A stretch of DNA of 64,000 nt from Paramoeba atlantica. Taxonomy: Eukaryota > Protista > Discosea. The notes below the pieces were generated by a model, which was not told where the DNA came from, searched no databases, and worked only from the letters and a program-made list of their open reading frames with translations. The position numbers were made by a program, and so were the translations under genes. Shown here in pieces: positions 1-11,976 of this stretch (positions are counted from its first letter, which is position 1; each line of letters opens with the position of its first letter). The stretch lies in assembly GCA_977017575.1 (NCBI GenBank), contig CDRNVI010000060.1, forward strand, positions 248,001 through 312,000. The letters are read 5' to 3'.

Positions 1-720
1 ATGGACGTCACGACAATCCCATGTCGTGCAAGGAAACCGCGGGACGTATGGGACGAAGCCTCTCAGGAAATGAGAAAAAAAGATGCGACCTACTCCGGCA
101 GGCACAGGGAACACTGTTTTAAAGTGGAGTTCTGGCTTACGCTTGCCGGAGTCCTTATTTTTTTTCGCGGACCCGTTCCGGGCAGTGTACATGATGCGAA
201 AATTTATAAAGAAATAACCATGCACGGAACATTTCTTTTTGACCATCATGAAGATGAAATGTTTTTGGCGGATCTAGGATACGTGGGTTGCAACCACTGT
301 TTTGTTCCATTCAAGACACCACGCAAAGGTTGCCTTGATGAACACCAGGATCGGTTCAACCGCATCCTTGGATTTGTTTGGATTGGATCCAACCGCATGC
401 ATTCTTGGATTAGTTCAAGAAGCGAGCGTTGTTTCGCTCGTTTCGAAAAATTTCGTTTTTTTCATGGAACGGACCACGATATTACGTGGGTAAAGGATGC
501 CGTTCAGATTGTATCTGTTGCAGTGTATGGTTTGCTTGCATCAGAACCGCAATGCGACTTTGATAGTGAAATAAATGTACATTTACAAAATATCGATGAC
601 TCATCTTTTTGTTGGTGTAGCAAAGGGTGTGGTTTAGTCAAACCGATTGATGAACGGAGGGATTGGCTCAAAGAACACATATACCATATGGGATACATGT
701 ATGTTCCCAAGAAACCATAG
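1..720 (+). mobile_element. PIF/Harbinger-type DDE transposase (DDE_Tnp_4-like), 5' part outside the window
   Basis: Motifs PGSVHDAKIY, FLADLGYVG, FVPFKTP, RFNRIL and SERCFARF are typical of the Harbinger/IS5-like catalytic domain; a short duplication (caaccgcat...ttggatt) interrupts the RFN region. Confidence 0.75.
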
Positions 721-1471
721 CATGGATCAAAAACTAAATAAAATTTAGTAAGAATAATTTTAGTCGTTTTCCATGAATTGCGAAATGTAAACTACGTAGT
801 CATATCGTATATTATGGCTTATAAATTTTTGTTATTATCGTATATTATGTACACTATGTATGTCGCACATTATGATTTCTCCTTCAATCTAACTATTTTT
901 CTCCTTCAATGTCTGCAGCTCCGACTATTTTCGCATGCTTTCAGAGGACTTTTTTCAACCCGCGCCGAGCCCGCACCGAACCCGCGACCCTCACATGTAG
1001 TTTCAGGTGAGTTTTCGAAACAATGGTTTACAAAAGGCGTACGAACCGAATTGAGTGACAAAAGCACTAGTTTTTCCACAATTCCAAGAGGTACCCCCTG
1101 CCCCTCCCCTCCCCACCAGGGTGATCATAGCAATCTTTGAAAATTTGAAAAAAACTGAAATTTATCGGTGAAAGTAAAAAAATATTGTTTTTCCCAAATC
1201 AACTCCTAGACCGTTTTTTCAGAGTTTGGGGCCTGAAATACCTGTATACACTTTGGCTTAATTCGATACTTCTGCTCCATGTGTTGTTGGTACACCTACG
1301 GAGGCCAAACTTCAACTGGAAGTGCGTGAAAAGCAAGGCCGTAGAGGAAGGAGGAGGCGCAAGCCTAAAAGGCAGAAGGCGGAACCTTCTGTCTTTTTGA
1401 CGCCGCCACGACGACTTCCTCACGTGAGAAGCTGTAAGAGGTCCTTGGGAGCATGTTTCGATGGCTATGTA

Positions 1472-1663
1472 ACCCAGGCTAAAGTAGACGAGGGAGACAC
1501 TAAAGGCAGCTTTAGCAAACTACCACAAAACTGGAACAGCATCTCCATTTAAAGATTCTTGGGCCACATCAGAATGCTTAACAAACCGGGAGATACTGTT
1601 CCAGTTTTGTGGGAGTTTGCCAAATGTGCCTTTAGTATCTCCCTCGTCCACTTTAGCCTAGGT
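1472..1663. mobile_element. MITE, ~192 bp, ~75-bp imperfect TIRs, TA target duplication
   Basis: Left arm acccaggctaaagtagacgagggagacactaaagg...catctcc (1472-1546) is the reverse complement of ggagatactg...ccactttagcctaggt (1589-1663); TA on both sides. Part of the same arm recurs near 51208. Confidence 0.8.
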
Positions 1664-1721
1664 TATTAAACCAAAAAACTATTAATAATTTTACAGCTAC
1701 AAGTTTAGTCATAGTAGCTAC

Positions 1722-2262
1722 AAGACATAGTTTAGTCATATGAGGCGGCAAAAGCGTGAAATCAACGCACCCTTCAAAATGGTGCCGGGAGGTGGCTTAG
1801 CTCCAACGACCCGTTGAAGGCGTTGTCATTGAGGTTGAGCTGCATCAATTTTGATGGAAGTAAATTCAGTGCAAGTTGTCCTGTGAGCTCATGTCCCCCA
1901 ATCGAACAATCAACCACAGTACGGGGGAAATACCCCCACTGTAGTGAGCCGGAGAAAACTATCAGACCGTGCCACAACCAGAGGGATTTCCACTTCAGCA
2001 CAAGCAGGTCTGTGTCGCATATGACGCCCTCCCACTGACACGCAGGCGTTGAAGGCTTCCACGAGGGGTGCGGGTTTTGAACATGGTATATAAATCGTAT
2101 TCTTGGGGCAAGGTGGCACCGCGTACTTTAGCGGTACGCACACTCGAGAGTGCGGTTTGTGGCGTCTCGTCAGGTTGCGGAGAAATGTAGTCAACTCGAT
2201 GACACTTTGACGGTGATGATTGTCTGTCCTCGAGCTGGAGTCGGAGACCGAACATAGCGAAT
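1722..2262 (-). pseudogene. Truncated, frameshifted paralog of the LRR gene at 11977-12936
   Basis: High nucleotide identity to 12225-12946 (MFGLRL..RVDYISP..AKVRGATLPQEYDL, WGYFPRTVVDCSIGGHELTG) with a frameshift near 2085, an internal deletion of roughly 175 bp and no 3' end. Confidence 0.85.
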
Positions 2263-3260
2263 TTGACGTACGCCCCACTGGTATACTCGAGACTGAAGAC
2301 GGCTCTTCATTCCGAGGTGTGGTAGGCGGAGAACCGACAGCATTGACAGCTACGGCAATGCCCTCCAGGATCGTCCCGCCGGGATTCGGGTCCTGGATTG
2401 GCCTGGATGCACCCCCTTCGGAGGTTGCATCTCAAAAAAAACCCAGGTAAAAATTGAACTGGAAATATGCTTTTGAAAAAAAATTGAAAAAAAATTATAT
2501 TTGAGGAAAAAACACAACCCCGATGGTCGGTAAATTTTATCCGATATACACGTAGATGTAGAATAGATGTAGAACTTGCAATACGTATGTTACAAACCGC
2601 GCTATGCTCAACCTTCATAGTCTGGAATATCAACTGACTCATCCGTGTCACTTTCTTCATCACCGCTTGATTCGTGGCATATAAAAATAGTATTTGAGTT
2701 TAAAGAGTCTTAAGAAATATTCAAAGATCTAATATGGAGTAAGAATTAGGCAGCAAGACTCATTACCGGACAGAACAAGTGTATGGAAAAGCATTTCTAT
2801 AAACAACAAACTACATCAGGAAATTTATTCGTAGAACATAAATCTCAATTTACCCTCATATTAAAGCGAGTACGGCACTCAAAATGATGTGTACCGCGAG
2901 TACCGCACTCGAGTACGGTACTCAGGTACGCACGAAAGTATCTTAAATAAGTACGTCGTTAGTGGGAAGATATTTGCGAAGCCGGAGGGCGGGGGTATCG
3001 CGAGGGGCCGAGTTAGCGGGCCTGAGCCATACGCTGCGTCGTTAGTGGGAAGCAATTTGCGATTGCCGGTTACCAACAACCACCACTTTTTAACGAGGCA
3101 GCTACCACACCGACCTTTTTTATTCGACATGATTCCATTTATGGATTTGTTATACAAGACCCCCTATAAGAAAATAAAATATCACCGAAAACCTCGGCCT
3201 ATTCCGAACGATACTTGATACAAACGTGAGAAGCAAACGGACGTGGGCAAAATATACAAT

Positions 3261-6200
3261 TCACAGGCGGCGTGCAAAGGACTGTAACAGGTGGTCATTC
3301 ATCTCTGTGGCCAATTCTTGTTGCACGTACAACAACCAAGCCTCCTCATCTTGGTGCATTGTCAAGTTAGAGAAGCCGTTAGTGTCACAAAGAAACGCAG
3401 ATATTGGGAAAGCTACAGTAGGAGGAAGGATCGTGCCTTGGTCCTGGATACGCCGAGCTTGTCTTATTCGATTCAGCTCCGTACATTGCCATATAACGTT
3501 ACGCAAACGGGCTAGAAAATGCCACTTACCGACACTTTCTGTCTGGCGCAATAAGTGTGCTACGATCATTCGGAGCTCTTCTCGGCTCTCATTGATTTTA
3601 GACGCACGATCGCTTGCGCCCATGTGCAAGAAAGCAAATCGGGTCAGTGAGATGTCGAGCAGTAATGTTTGGATGTCTTCTGTTTTGGCACAGTGCACAG
3701 CGTGCTGTAAGTGTATTTGTGTCGAAGCGCGAAGATAAGACACGCTGTCGAAATTCTCAGAAAGATGAGAATTGTATAACTTTTCGCAAAAGAGGCGCGC
3801 TATCTGCGCGTGTAAATTTCCACGCAGATGGACTCTTTCGTGAGTCGCATTCGCTCGTAAGATATTTAAATTCAAGATTAACGATGCTCCGATTGAATCT
3901 TCACGTAGCTCAGAAGTGTGCGATGTCAAAGAAGGTCGTTGCCACCATCGACATGGAGTGCATCGGTTCTCTGTATACGAAGAAAAAGAATCTTCCGGAT
4001 CCAGCGAAAGAAACCACTCACGAATAGAGGAACAACCGCAAGCGTTCAAAAACATAGGCAGACATGAATGTGAGACACTATTTTTGTCGCCTATTCGATG
4101 CGTAGTATAAAGCTTTTTCCACAGGTCTCGCAACACGTGAATTTGTGTTCCGCAGAAGTCAGCTTTCTCTGAACTCTTTTTTGATGACGAATGAAGTCGT
4201 ACCGTGTTTCTGTGGGCTATAGATTGTCCAGGGTTTCGATAGGATATCCAACGTTCTATCAAATCTAATGAAGTGATACCTTTCAGTAGCGCTTGTAAAG
4301 TACTTTCCATTTCGTTGTCCGCAAGAGTCAGTTTATTGTGCTCTGCACAGTAAATAAGGACAAGGAAGGGGTGCGGGGGTTCGCACCGAACAGCGAGATT
4401 CAGGTGCTGCAAGTATTCATCCTGTCGAGTAGAATGGAGCGCGGCGTATCCATGAACCCAGGAAAGCAAGATGAGGAGAAAATCTTTATCGAGCGTAGGG
4501 ATTTGCAGTGCGGTGGTTAATGTCTCGCGCGCTTTTGTAAATCGGTGCCTGCGCGTGTAAAATGTTGCTGCGGAGGCATACACGCAAGTATGCAAATCGC
4601 AAATAATTTTGGAGTGTTCTGCTGACAGTATTTGTATGCTTTCTGTATGCAAAACCGTGTCGATGATTTGTTGGCCCTCACTTAAAAATGAAAGACAGGA
4701 CTGAAAATGTACGGAAATGTCTTTTGATTCCGAACGTATTCTCACGATACAAAGAATAGCATCAGTTAGCACCTGGTTGAACTTTAGTATTGAGATGAAT
4801 GCGGAGCGTGAGATTTTGGCATAACGTTCAATACAACGCCTCGCTTTTCTTGCCATATCTAGTACGAACGTTGACAGCTCCATATCCTTCGTCGTTGTAG
4901 ATAAGAATAATTTACAATGCTGCAGAATGCAATGCTGCAATACACCTTGGCACGTATACAAGGCTTCTAAACAAAATTCTTCTTGCGAACCCAGATTTGC
5001 TCCAGTGGTATGTTGGCATGAAATCGATGATCGGATTTCCTGAATACAATATTGAAAGAACGATTCCAAAGTAGCACATGTGTCACTCAAATGCAACAAG
5101 GCGACAAGAAATGGGGACTTCTTTTCATGACTATTTTCTGACTTTAGGACGATTTCTTGCGGACGTATCTTGGAGTCTGTTTTACTCGTATATGGAGATT
5201 CTATAGATCGTGTACTCTTTTCAAAAATTTCTATTTCTAGAATTGAAAGCAGCAAATGAATCTGGGCTTCCATTCTGGTCAGTCTAATTCTGATGACGTG
5301 TGGCGCACTTTTTTGCAGGCGCACTGTTGCGTTTAATAGGCCTTCCAGTTCAGAAATTAGTGCCTCGACGTTTACCTCAAAAGTCCTGGTCAGCGCTTGC
5401 TCTATAGATGCTAATCTGGCTGCGGTGTGAATCAGTATGACCTCTGTTAGACAACACATGTTCACAATGTTTTCCTGTAGCCCACTTTTTGTTTCATGTT
5501 GTCCCTCGTGCGCTAACCCAAAAAGAACTAAACGTCGAGATTTCTCTGAAGAATCGTAGGCAAGTTTGTATGCAACATCCTGTACGCAAGTTCTTTTCAG
5601 CCAAAGAAGAAGCCGCTCAACATTCTGTTGCATCTGGGAGATATTATAGCTCTTGTCGGACTGCTCACTTAATTCCTTAGCGGACAAAATCTTCTCCGTT
5701 GTCGTCCCAGCATAATTCCAGAGGGTAACGGCTACCCCTGTGGCGCGGCATAGATTGCACTCAAGCCAGAGCTCCGTATAGGGTAGAGAATGTCTTTCAT
5801 TGTAAATCTTCCGTAGGAATCTTTGTCCGTTGCCATTCAAAAAACAGGGCGGCGCTGATACTAGGAGTCGAAGTTCGGGCATGGTCCATAGCACAGCGTC
5901 ATTGAACTCGCAGGAAGAAGTCATTTCAGCATGCACACTTGTTTGGTACAACGATTTATCATAGGCAAAAGACGATGCCTTCTCAGCTGAATCCGATGCG
6001 GACACGTTGGATTGAAAAATGTCTCCAAAGGAAATTTTATTCTTTAGAGCATTCTCGAAAGTGTCTACAACGCTGTGTAAGCCACTTATCGGCGTCTGAC
6101 TCTGATGAAGATACAATGTGGAGTGAGCGCGGTGAATAACAAATGAGGAATCCGCATTTCGTGAAGTAATTTGATGCACTAATTTTGTAAGATCCTCCGC

Positions 6201-7208
6201 TGTGCAAACGAATTGAACGCTGGATTTGCATGACAACATTGCATCAGCGATATTAAGTGCTTTATGGTCGACCGTGACTCTTCTCGACGTGACTAAGGCG
6301 TAAGAAATATTAGAAGGGACGGGCATCGCTCCACATGTATTTCTGAAAAAATGCGAAAAACTGCTCCGCGACGATTCATCTGAAGCATCGTGAAGAGTGG
6401 GAGACATGTTTATCTGAGTGGTTGGCACTAAGGTCAGGGATGAAGCGCTCGAAAGAAGGCAAGATGACACGTTCCCCGAGGTAGAGCACTCTTCCAAATT
6501 ATACTGGGGCAGTCCCCGACATATCGTTTCCTTGCCAGCTATTGCGTGATCTATTACAAGCATTGACACGAAGTGATCTGTCATGGCACATGCAGGTTCC
6601 ATCAGCGGTGTGATGTCGAACATTACGAATATTTCTAGTGTGTACCAGCGAGCTTTCTTCAGCGCTCGACTTTGAGGCTTCTTTTTGCTTCGCCTTGTGG
6701 GTCTGTAAGATTTTTCTCGCATTGATACAATTTGGTGTGCCGAAAAGCTGTTTCTGTCCTCCAAGGTGATATCCGACAGATAATTTTTCCGTGCAATTCT
6801 TGTTCCGCCCAATCCTTGGTGATGTTCCAGGGTATCTTGCAAGCAAGTCTGTACCATAGTCTCCAAGCAATCCATAAAGAATTGTGCTACTTGAAGCGAT
6901 TTCCGAAAAGGGTCCGCTTGTAACTTCTCCGTCGTCAGCTGAAGCAATACACGTTCCATCAAGCGGCGATGACGATTGGGACAAAAAGGTGAATCTCGAA
7001 TACCGCCAATGTCACGTACAATGCACTTGATTATCTGTGACCACTGAGCTGGAGGAAATCTGCGATCGCGGAGAAAGTACTCGAGTACACGAACAAGGTC
7101 GATGTTTGGATATGCTTCCTGTACTTTCGACCACTCATCGAAACGCGGTCCACCACTTTCCTTTACAGGACTAATATGAGGCATTGAAAAAGTCAAAAAG
7201 GTGTGCAA
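3261..7208 (-). CDS. Large hypothetical protein (1315 aa), predicted helical; no family recognised
   Basis: Uninterrupted 3.9-kb ORF on the same strand as all host genes; no motif recognised. Confidence 0.85.
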   Translation of the reverse strand: MHTFLTFSMPHISPVKESGGPRFDEWSKVQEAYPNIDLVRVLEYFLRDRRFPPAQWSQIIKCIVRDIGGIRDSPFCPNRHRRLMERVLLQLTTEKLQADPFRKSLQVAQFFMDCLETMVQTCLQDTLEHHQGLGGTRIARKNYLSDITLEDRNSFSAHQIVSMREKSYRPTRRSKKKPQSRALKKARWYTLEIFVMFDITPLMEPACAMTDHFVSMLVIDHAIAGKETICRGLPQYNLEECSTSGNVSSCLLSSASSLTLVPTTQINMSPTLHDASDESSRSSFSHFFRNTCGAMPVPSNISYALVTSRRVTVDHKALNIADAMLSCKSSVQFVCTAEDLTKLVHQITSRNADSSFVIHRAHSTLYLHQSQTPISGLHSVVDTFENALKNKISFGDIFQSNVSASDSAEKASSFAYDKSLYQTSVHAEMTSSCEFNDAVLWTMPELRLLVSAPPCFLNGNGQRFLRKIYNERHSLPYTELWLECNLCRATGVAVTLWNYAGTTTEKILSAKELSEQSDKSYNISQMQQNVERLLLWLKRTCVQDVAYKLAYDSSEKSRRLVLFGLAHEGQHETKSGLQENIVNMCCLTEVILIHTAARLASIEQALTRTFEVNVEALISELEGLLNATVRLQKSAPHVIRIRLTRMEAQIHLLLSILEIEIFEKSTRSIESPYTSKTDSKIRPQEIVLKSENSHEKKSPFLVALLHLSDTCATLESFFQYCIQEIRSSISCQHTTGANLGSQEEFCLEALYTCQGVLQHCILQHCKLFLSTTTKDMELSTFVLDMARKARRCIERYAKISRSAFISILKFNQVLTDAILCIVRIRSESKDISVHFQSCLSFLSEGQQIIDTVLHTESIQILSAEHSKIICDLHTCVYASAATFYTRRHRFTKARETLTTALQIPTLDKDFLLILLSWVHGYAALHSTRQDEYLQHLNLAVRCEPPHPFLVLIYCAEHNKLTLADNEMESTLQALLKGITSLDLIERWISYRNPGQSIAHRNTVRLHSSSKKSSEKADFCGTQIHVLRDLWKKLYTTHRIGDKNSVSHSCLPMFLNACGCSSIREWFLSLDPEDSFSSYTENRCTPCRWWQRPSLTSHTSELREDSIGASLILNLNILRANATHERVHLRGNLHAQIARLFCEKLYNSHLSENFDSVSYLRASTQIHLQHAVHCAKTEDIQTLLLDISLTRFAFLHMGASDRASKINESREELRMIVAHLLRQTESVGKWHFLARLRNVIWQCTELNRIRQARRIQDQGTILPPTVAFPISAFLCDTNGFSNLTMHQDEEAWLLYVQQELATEMNDHLLQSFARRL

Positions 7209-7366
7209 CTGGTTAGCGCACTACCTTAGCATTAGCACATTATAAATCCATGAGAAAATAAAGGCTCTTAACGTTTCCAGAAAGCACATTGTTACGCTAG
7301 GTTAGTATACTTTTCTCTACTTTGTCATGATCTCTGACATATCCCAATGCACCACATACATGTACG

Positions 7367-7417
7367 GTGTATAGTGAAGTACAGTGTATAGTGAAGTACA
7401 ATGTATAGTGAAGTGAA
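7367..7417. repeat. 17-bp tandem repeat x3 in the RAD51 3' flank
   Basis: gtgtatagtgaagtaca / gtgtatagtgaagtaca / atgtatagtgaagtgaa. Confidence 0.85.
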
Positions 7418-7457
7418 CACAGCGCTCTAGCCGCTGCGCCCCAACACTACTTCAACC

Positions 7458-8564
7458 TCAATCCCTCACATCCGCAATCCCATCCTCATAAATCCCAAAC
7501 ACCGCCTCGCTCTCCGGCAAGCACGGGGAGTCATATACCTTCATCACCCGTTGCTCCCCCTTCCCCTTCCGCAAACTCAACCGCGTGGTACTGGCGTGGG
7601 CCATAATATGCCCCCCAATGGGCTTTTTCGCATCCGACCCCGCCATCGGACCCGCATCCGGTTGCGCCACCACCTGATTCGTCAGCACCACCGCCACCCC
7701 AAACTCCTCCGCCATATTCGTAAGTCCGCGGAGGAACCTCCCCAAATGGCCCTGTCGTGCGGCCAACTCCCCCCTCCCTGTGTAATCCGTCCGGTACAGC
7801 GCCGTGGCGGAGTCAATCACCACCAACGCAAACCGGGTCTCCGCCATCATCCCCCCCGCCTTCGCGAGCAACTCCAGCTGGTGGTCCGAGTTAAACGCCC
7901 GGGCGTAGGCCACATTATCCAGCACCCCCGCGGGGTCGAGCTGGTACCGCTGCGCAATCGCCTCCAGCCGCTCCGGCCGGAACGTGCCCTCGGTATCGAT
8001 ATACAGCGCCATCCCCTCCGCCCCCCCCTGGTCCACCGGGAGCTGACACGTCACACACAGCGTGTGGCACAGCTGGGTCTTCCCACAGCGGAACTCCCCG
8101 AAGAGCTCGGTGAGGGAGCCCGTCTCGACCCCGCCCCCGAGGAGCCGGTCAATCTCCCGGGCGCCCGTGGTGACCCGGAGGATCTCCCTGCGTGCCTCCA
8201 GGCACAGCGTCGCGGTGGTGAACCCCATCGGGACCAGCCGCTTCGCCTCGGAGAGGATGCGCTCGGCCTTGGTGTCCGAGATGCCGCGGACGGCCAGGAG
8301 GGCCTTGAGGGGGGCCTGGGCGACCCCGTCCACGGTGTGGAACCCGTGGTCGATGAGCCGCCGGAGGTCGGTGCTGGGGATACCGCAGGCCTCGAGGCAT
8401 TGGAGGGGTTTGAACCCGGTGGTGGAGGTTGGGGGGTCCTCGAGAAGGGGAGAGGAGGACTGTTGTTGGTGTTGTTGTAGGGGTTGGGGTTCGGTTGTGG
8501 TTGTGGTGGTGGTATCATGGCGGTTACGTTTTGCGGTGGATTTTTTGGCACTGCGCGTTTCCAT
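7458..8564 (-). CDS. RAD51: DNA recombinase RAD51
   Basis: HhH N-domain, Walker [75 protein letters not shown]; very close to trypanosomatid RAD51 as I recall it. Confidence 0.98.
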   Translation of the reverse strand: METRSAKKSTAKRNRHDTTTTTTTEPQPLQQHQQQSSSPLLEDPPTSTTGFKPLQCLEACGIPSTDLRRLIDHGFHTVDGVAQAPLKALLAVRGISDTKAERILSEAKRLVPMGFTTATLCLEARREILRVTTGAREIDRLLGGGVETGSLTELFGEFRCGKTQLCHTLCVTCQLPVDQGGAEGMALYIDTEGTFRPERLEAIAQRYQLDPAGVLDNVAYARAFNSDHQLELLAKAGGMMAETRFALVVIDSATALYRTDYTGRGELAARQGHLGRFLRGLTNMAEEFGVAVVLTNQVVAQPDAGPMAGSDAKKPIGGHIMAHASTTRLSLRKGKGEQRVMKVYDSPCLPESEAVFGIYEDGIADVRD

Positions 8565-8737
8565 GAGGAAGAGGAAGGGGGTAGATAAGGGAGAGAGAAA
8601 AGAATGGAGGGTGAGAGACCGATTTTTGCAAGCGAAAAGAAGAAGACAGTAAAAAAATGAATTGGACGCTTAAGTGGGGGATCAGAAGTTTCCGGACTCT
8701 TACGTGGGGGGTTTTAACCTATGAAGGTGGACACATA

Positions 8738-10316
8738 CAGGGGTGAAAACTTCCATCTGGGGGGGTCTAAAATTTGTAAAATTTGCTTAATTTTGTAAAA
8801 TAATAGCGCATTGGAGAGCTCTCGCAGAGTTGTATGTCTTTGGCGTATTCGGAACGCTCGACTTGAAAGATTTAATCTGATGACAAAAAAATAATTTTTT
8901 TTCTTGTGAAAATGTGGCAATTTTTTATTTTTCCCCATTTTATGCTTCAAAAGCGAGTTCGCTCAAGGACTTCCCGTGGTGTTTTGAGCGCACGCTCCTA
9001 TGCCTCACCAGGGAAGATTAAGGAATGTCACAGGATGCTTCTTGTGGCGGACTTTGAGAAAACAGAGTCTTATTCCCGGACTGCCCAAAATTTTGGTGTC
9101 CACGAGGGAACTATGAAACTCTGGGTGGAAAGATTTAATTGCACTGGCGACGCGGCCAGTCCATCCCCTACGCGTCAACCTAGGGTCACCACCTCTGATC
9201 TTATGAAAGTATCTTTAAAGCTTATTGATGACGCTTATCGTGACCTTCCTTATGGTATCTCCACTTGGAGCGAGCTCTGGAGAGAGGTAAAGCGACGTCG
9301 CTTCACATGTTCAATAACATCCCTAAGGAACATGTTGAAAAACTCAAAAGAAAAAATTGTGCTCAGAACAGCTTTAAAGACCCCTTTCTTATCTAATAAT
9401 CATAAGGAGCGCAGAGTGCAATTTGCCACTGAAGTGCTACAGTGGAGCGACGCTGCGCTGGAAAATATTATTTTCTGCGACGAAAAAAAATTTACGTGCA
9501 AAAGATCCACCCGACCCACGTACCTTTGCCGAAAATCTGACCCCCCCCAAAGAACAAACAGGGGAATTAGAACCCTATCATGGTGGAGAAGGTATTATGG
9601 TTTGGATGGGGGTGAGCTTAAAGCATGGGTTTCATTTACACGTCTTTCCTACCCATGATTCTCAAGGAAACAAAGTAACTGTAAAGGGACAAAATTTTTA
9701 TGAAGCCATGAAAAAAAAGGGGGGTCTGTTCCAATATTTTAAGGAGACATCTGGCCACAATAGTGATGGACAATTGCCCGGCACATAATAAGGCTCGTGC
9801 CGCGGCCCAAGAAAAGGGTTATTCTTGGCTCCGATGGCCAGCACGATCCCCTGATTTAAACCCCATAGAAAATCTTTGGTCAATAATGGACGGGACAAAG
9901 GACCAAATTCAACCCAAAAATCAACAACAATTACTCTCCGCAATTCATGATTCCTATGATAAACTTAAGACAGAACAAATATCCAAATTTGAGAATACGC
10001 TAAAAAGCTTCAGAAAGCGTTGTAGAATCATTGTAGAAAAGAACGGTGCACATTGCGGATACTAACAGGGGTTACTAACAATCTTTTTGGGGGGAAAAAC
10101 GTTATTTTTTAACTTTTTTGTATCATTTTTCAAGTGACAATTCGAGTTTTTGACCTATTCGGCATTTGTAGTTCCACTTTGATATGTTAAAAGCTACCAG
10201 ACAACTACCAGACAAGACATACAACTCTGCGAGAGCTCTCGAATGCGCTATTATTTTACAAAATTGAAAAGTTTTTAAAAAATTTAGACCCCCCCAGATG
10301 GAGGTTTTCACCCCTG
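8738..10316 (+). mobile_element. Full-length Tc1-like transposon (1579 bp), transposase ~8942-10065 with two frameshifts, DD32E
   Basis: ~105-bp TIRs starting caggggtgaaaac, TA on both sides; motifs FCDEKKF, GGEGIMVWMG, MDNCPAH, WPARSPDLNPIENLW; frameshifts at the C-run near 9545 and near 9752. Confidence 0.95.
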
Positions 10317-10344
10317 TACGTGGGTGGGTTAAGAAATTAACCTA

Positions 10345-11258
10345 AACCCCCCTCACAGTTATTATTCACAAGTACAGTTATTATTCACATTTTTTATTAT
10401 TCACATTCGTTTTGGTTTTGGAAATTTTCATAAAAAGTCCTTATTTCATGCCTTTGACTATCGAGCTCGTTTCTCTCGTGGACAACTTGTTTGAACTCAA
10501 GATAGATGCGCACAAAGAAGGAGTAAAAGATGCAAATTTTTATGAGGTTAGCGATGATAAAGTGAGCTCTCTCACCCTCTTATAGGGTCTATCACCTGAA
10601 GTGAGCTCTATCAGCGACTTCGTTTGTAGATGATAATGTTGAGAACGCGGAGGCCAGTGATGGAGACGATCGCGAACAAACTCACACTGATTCTGAACTT
10701 TCGCCGTCCGATTTATCGGAGCCTTCGATTCTTCCGAACAGGAGTCGTCTGAACAAGAGACTTCTGAAGAAGACAATGGATCTTAATTTTTACCCTCCTT
10801 CAATCAAAGGCGCGGAACTCGCAAAATACCTGATTTTGCTATTGCTATTCTGCTACTGCTCGCCTGCAGCACAGGGTACGCGTGACCCGGAAAGGATTGT
10901 ATGCCGTCCATCGCAGAGAGTAGCTTTATAAATGGAAAGAAGAAGTTGCATCGTCACGTGGGTCAGTTGCATCGTCACACCGCGACCATCTTCAGCGATG
11001 TGTCCCAGCTCTTGAACTACTTTTTAGCAATGAACTTCGACGAGATCCCTATTTCTCTTGCTGGGCGCATGGGGATAAGTATAATTGTGAATAATAAGTG
11101 TCAGTTACACATATTATTCACAATTATACTTATTATTCACAAATTTCCTGTTTTTGAATCTGAATAATAACCTCCCATGAACTCCCCGCCCAGCTATCCC
11201 CGTATTAATAATAATATATTAGAATTAAATTATAATAATAATAACTGTGTGGGGGGTT
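10345..11258. mobile_element. Non-autonomous TA-flanked TIR element (~914 bp) with subterminal ttattattcaca repeats
   Basis: TIR aaccccccwcacagttattatt at both ends, flanked by TA; ttattattcaca/tgaataataa boxes at 10359-10406 and 11088-11170; decayed acidic ORF remnant inside. Confidence 0.65.
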
Positions 11259-11312
11259 TATGAGTAGGATTAGGAAAAGAGTAGGTTAAGAAATTTTTCA
11301 CGCTAAAGAGTA

Positions 11313-11379
11313 CTGTACCCCCCCTATTTAATTGTCACCGCTTTTCGGGAAAACGGACAATTAAATAGGGGGGTGCAAA
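11313..11379. mobile_element. Miniature inverted-repeat element (~67 bp)
   Basis: ctgtacccccc ctatttaattgtc ... gacaattaaatagggggg tgcaaa, TA-flanked. Confidence 0.6.
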
Positions 11380-11976
11380 TATTAATATTTTTTTGCTACT
11401 GAATACTGTGTGGCCTAGTTTACCTGTCTGGAGGGCTCGTTGTGCTCTGTATTTTTGGTGTAGTTAACACGAATATGCGTTTAGCGTAGTGCTCTTTTTT
11501 GCTACTTTTAAAAGGCTTTTGGATTATTTTAATTTCTTTCTTAGTGGCTTCGTTCGGTGATTGTTTTCAACTTAGAAGTCACTCGATCTTTAGGCGAAAA
11601 GAGCGAACTTTTACCCCAAATTTGGGCCGTTTTTGATGCCTTACCAGTACCCCACCTCCCCTCCTGTAGGGGTAGGAGGCGAATCTGACGAAGAAACTTT
11701 TAAAATTTTTGGGGGCAAAAAGGGACAGTTTTGACTGGAATCTCGCTGCGTAACCACAGAAAAATACGGTAAACGGATATCTTTTGAACAGACATTTTTG
11801 GGTAAAAAATTATGAGTTTTCTTTTTTGGATTTTTCCGAAATGATATCGTGCATGTACAAGTCCATACACAATAACGAAAGAATCGCTGAAATACTTTTT
11901 GCGTTTTTACGTTTCGCATTACGTTTCTATGTTTCGCATAAGAGGGGGGAATCGCAACAAAACGATAGACTTAGAA

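Noticed and set aside
2380-2420. GCIQANPGP on the minus strand resembles a 2A ribosome-skipping motif, and FSAYHT in the same frame matches the C-terminus of the 12-kb LRR protein
   Set aside because: It lacks the D and E of DxExNPGP, the frame stops soon after, and another frame reads equally protein-like; cannot be supported.
2867-2925. gagtac-rich near-palindrome (2898-2923)
   Set aside because: Real but isolated; no partner end, TSD or other copy to give it meaning.
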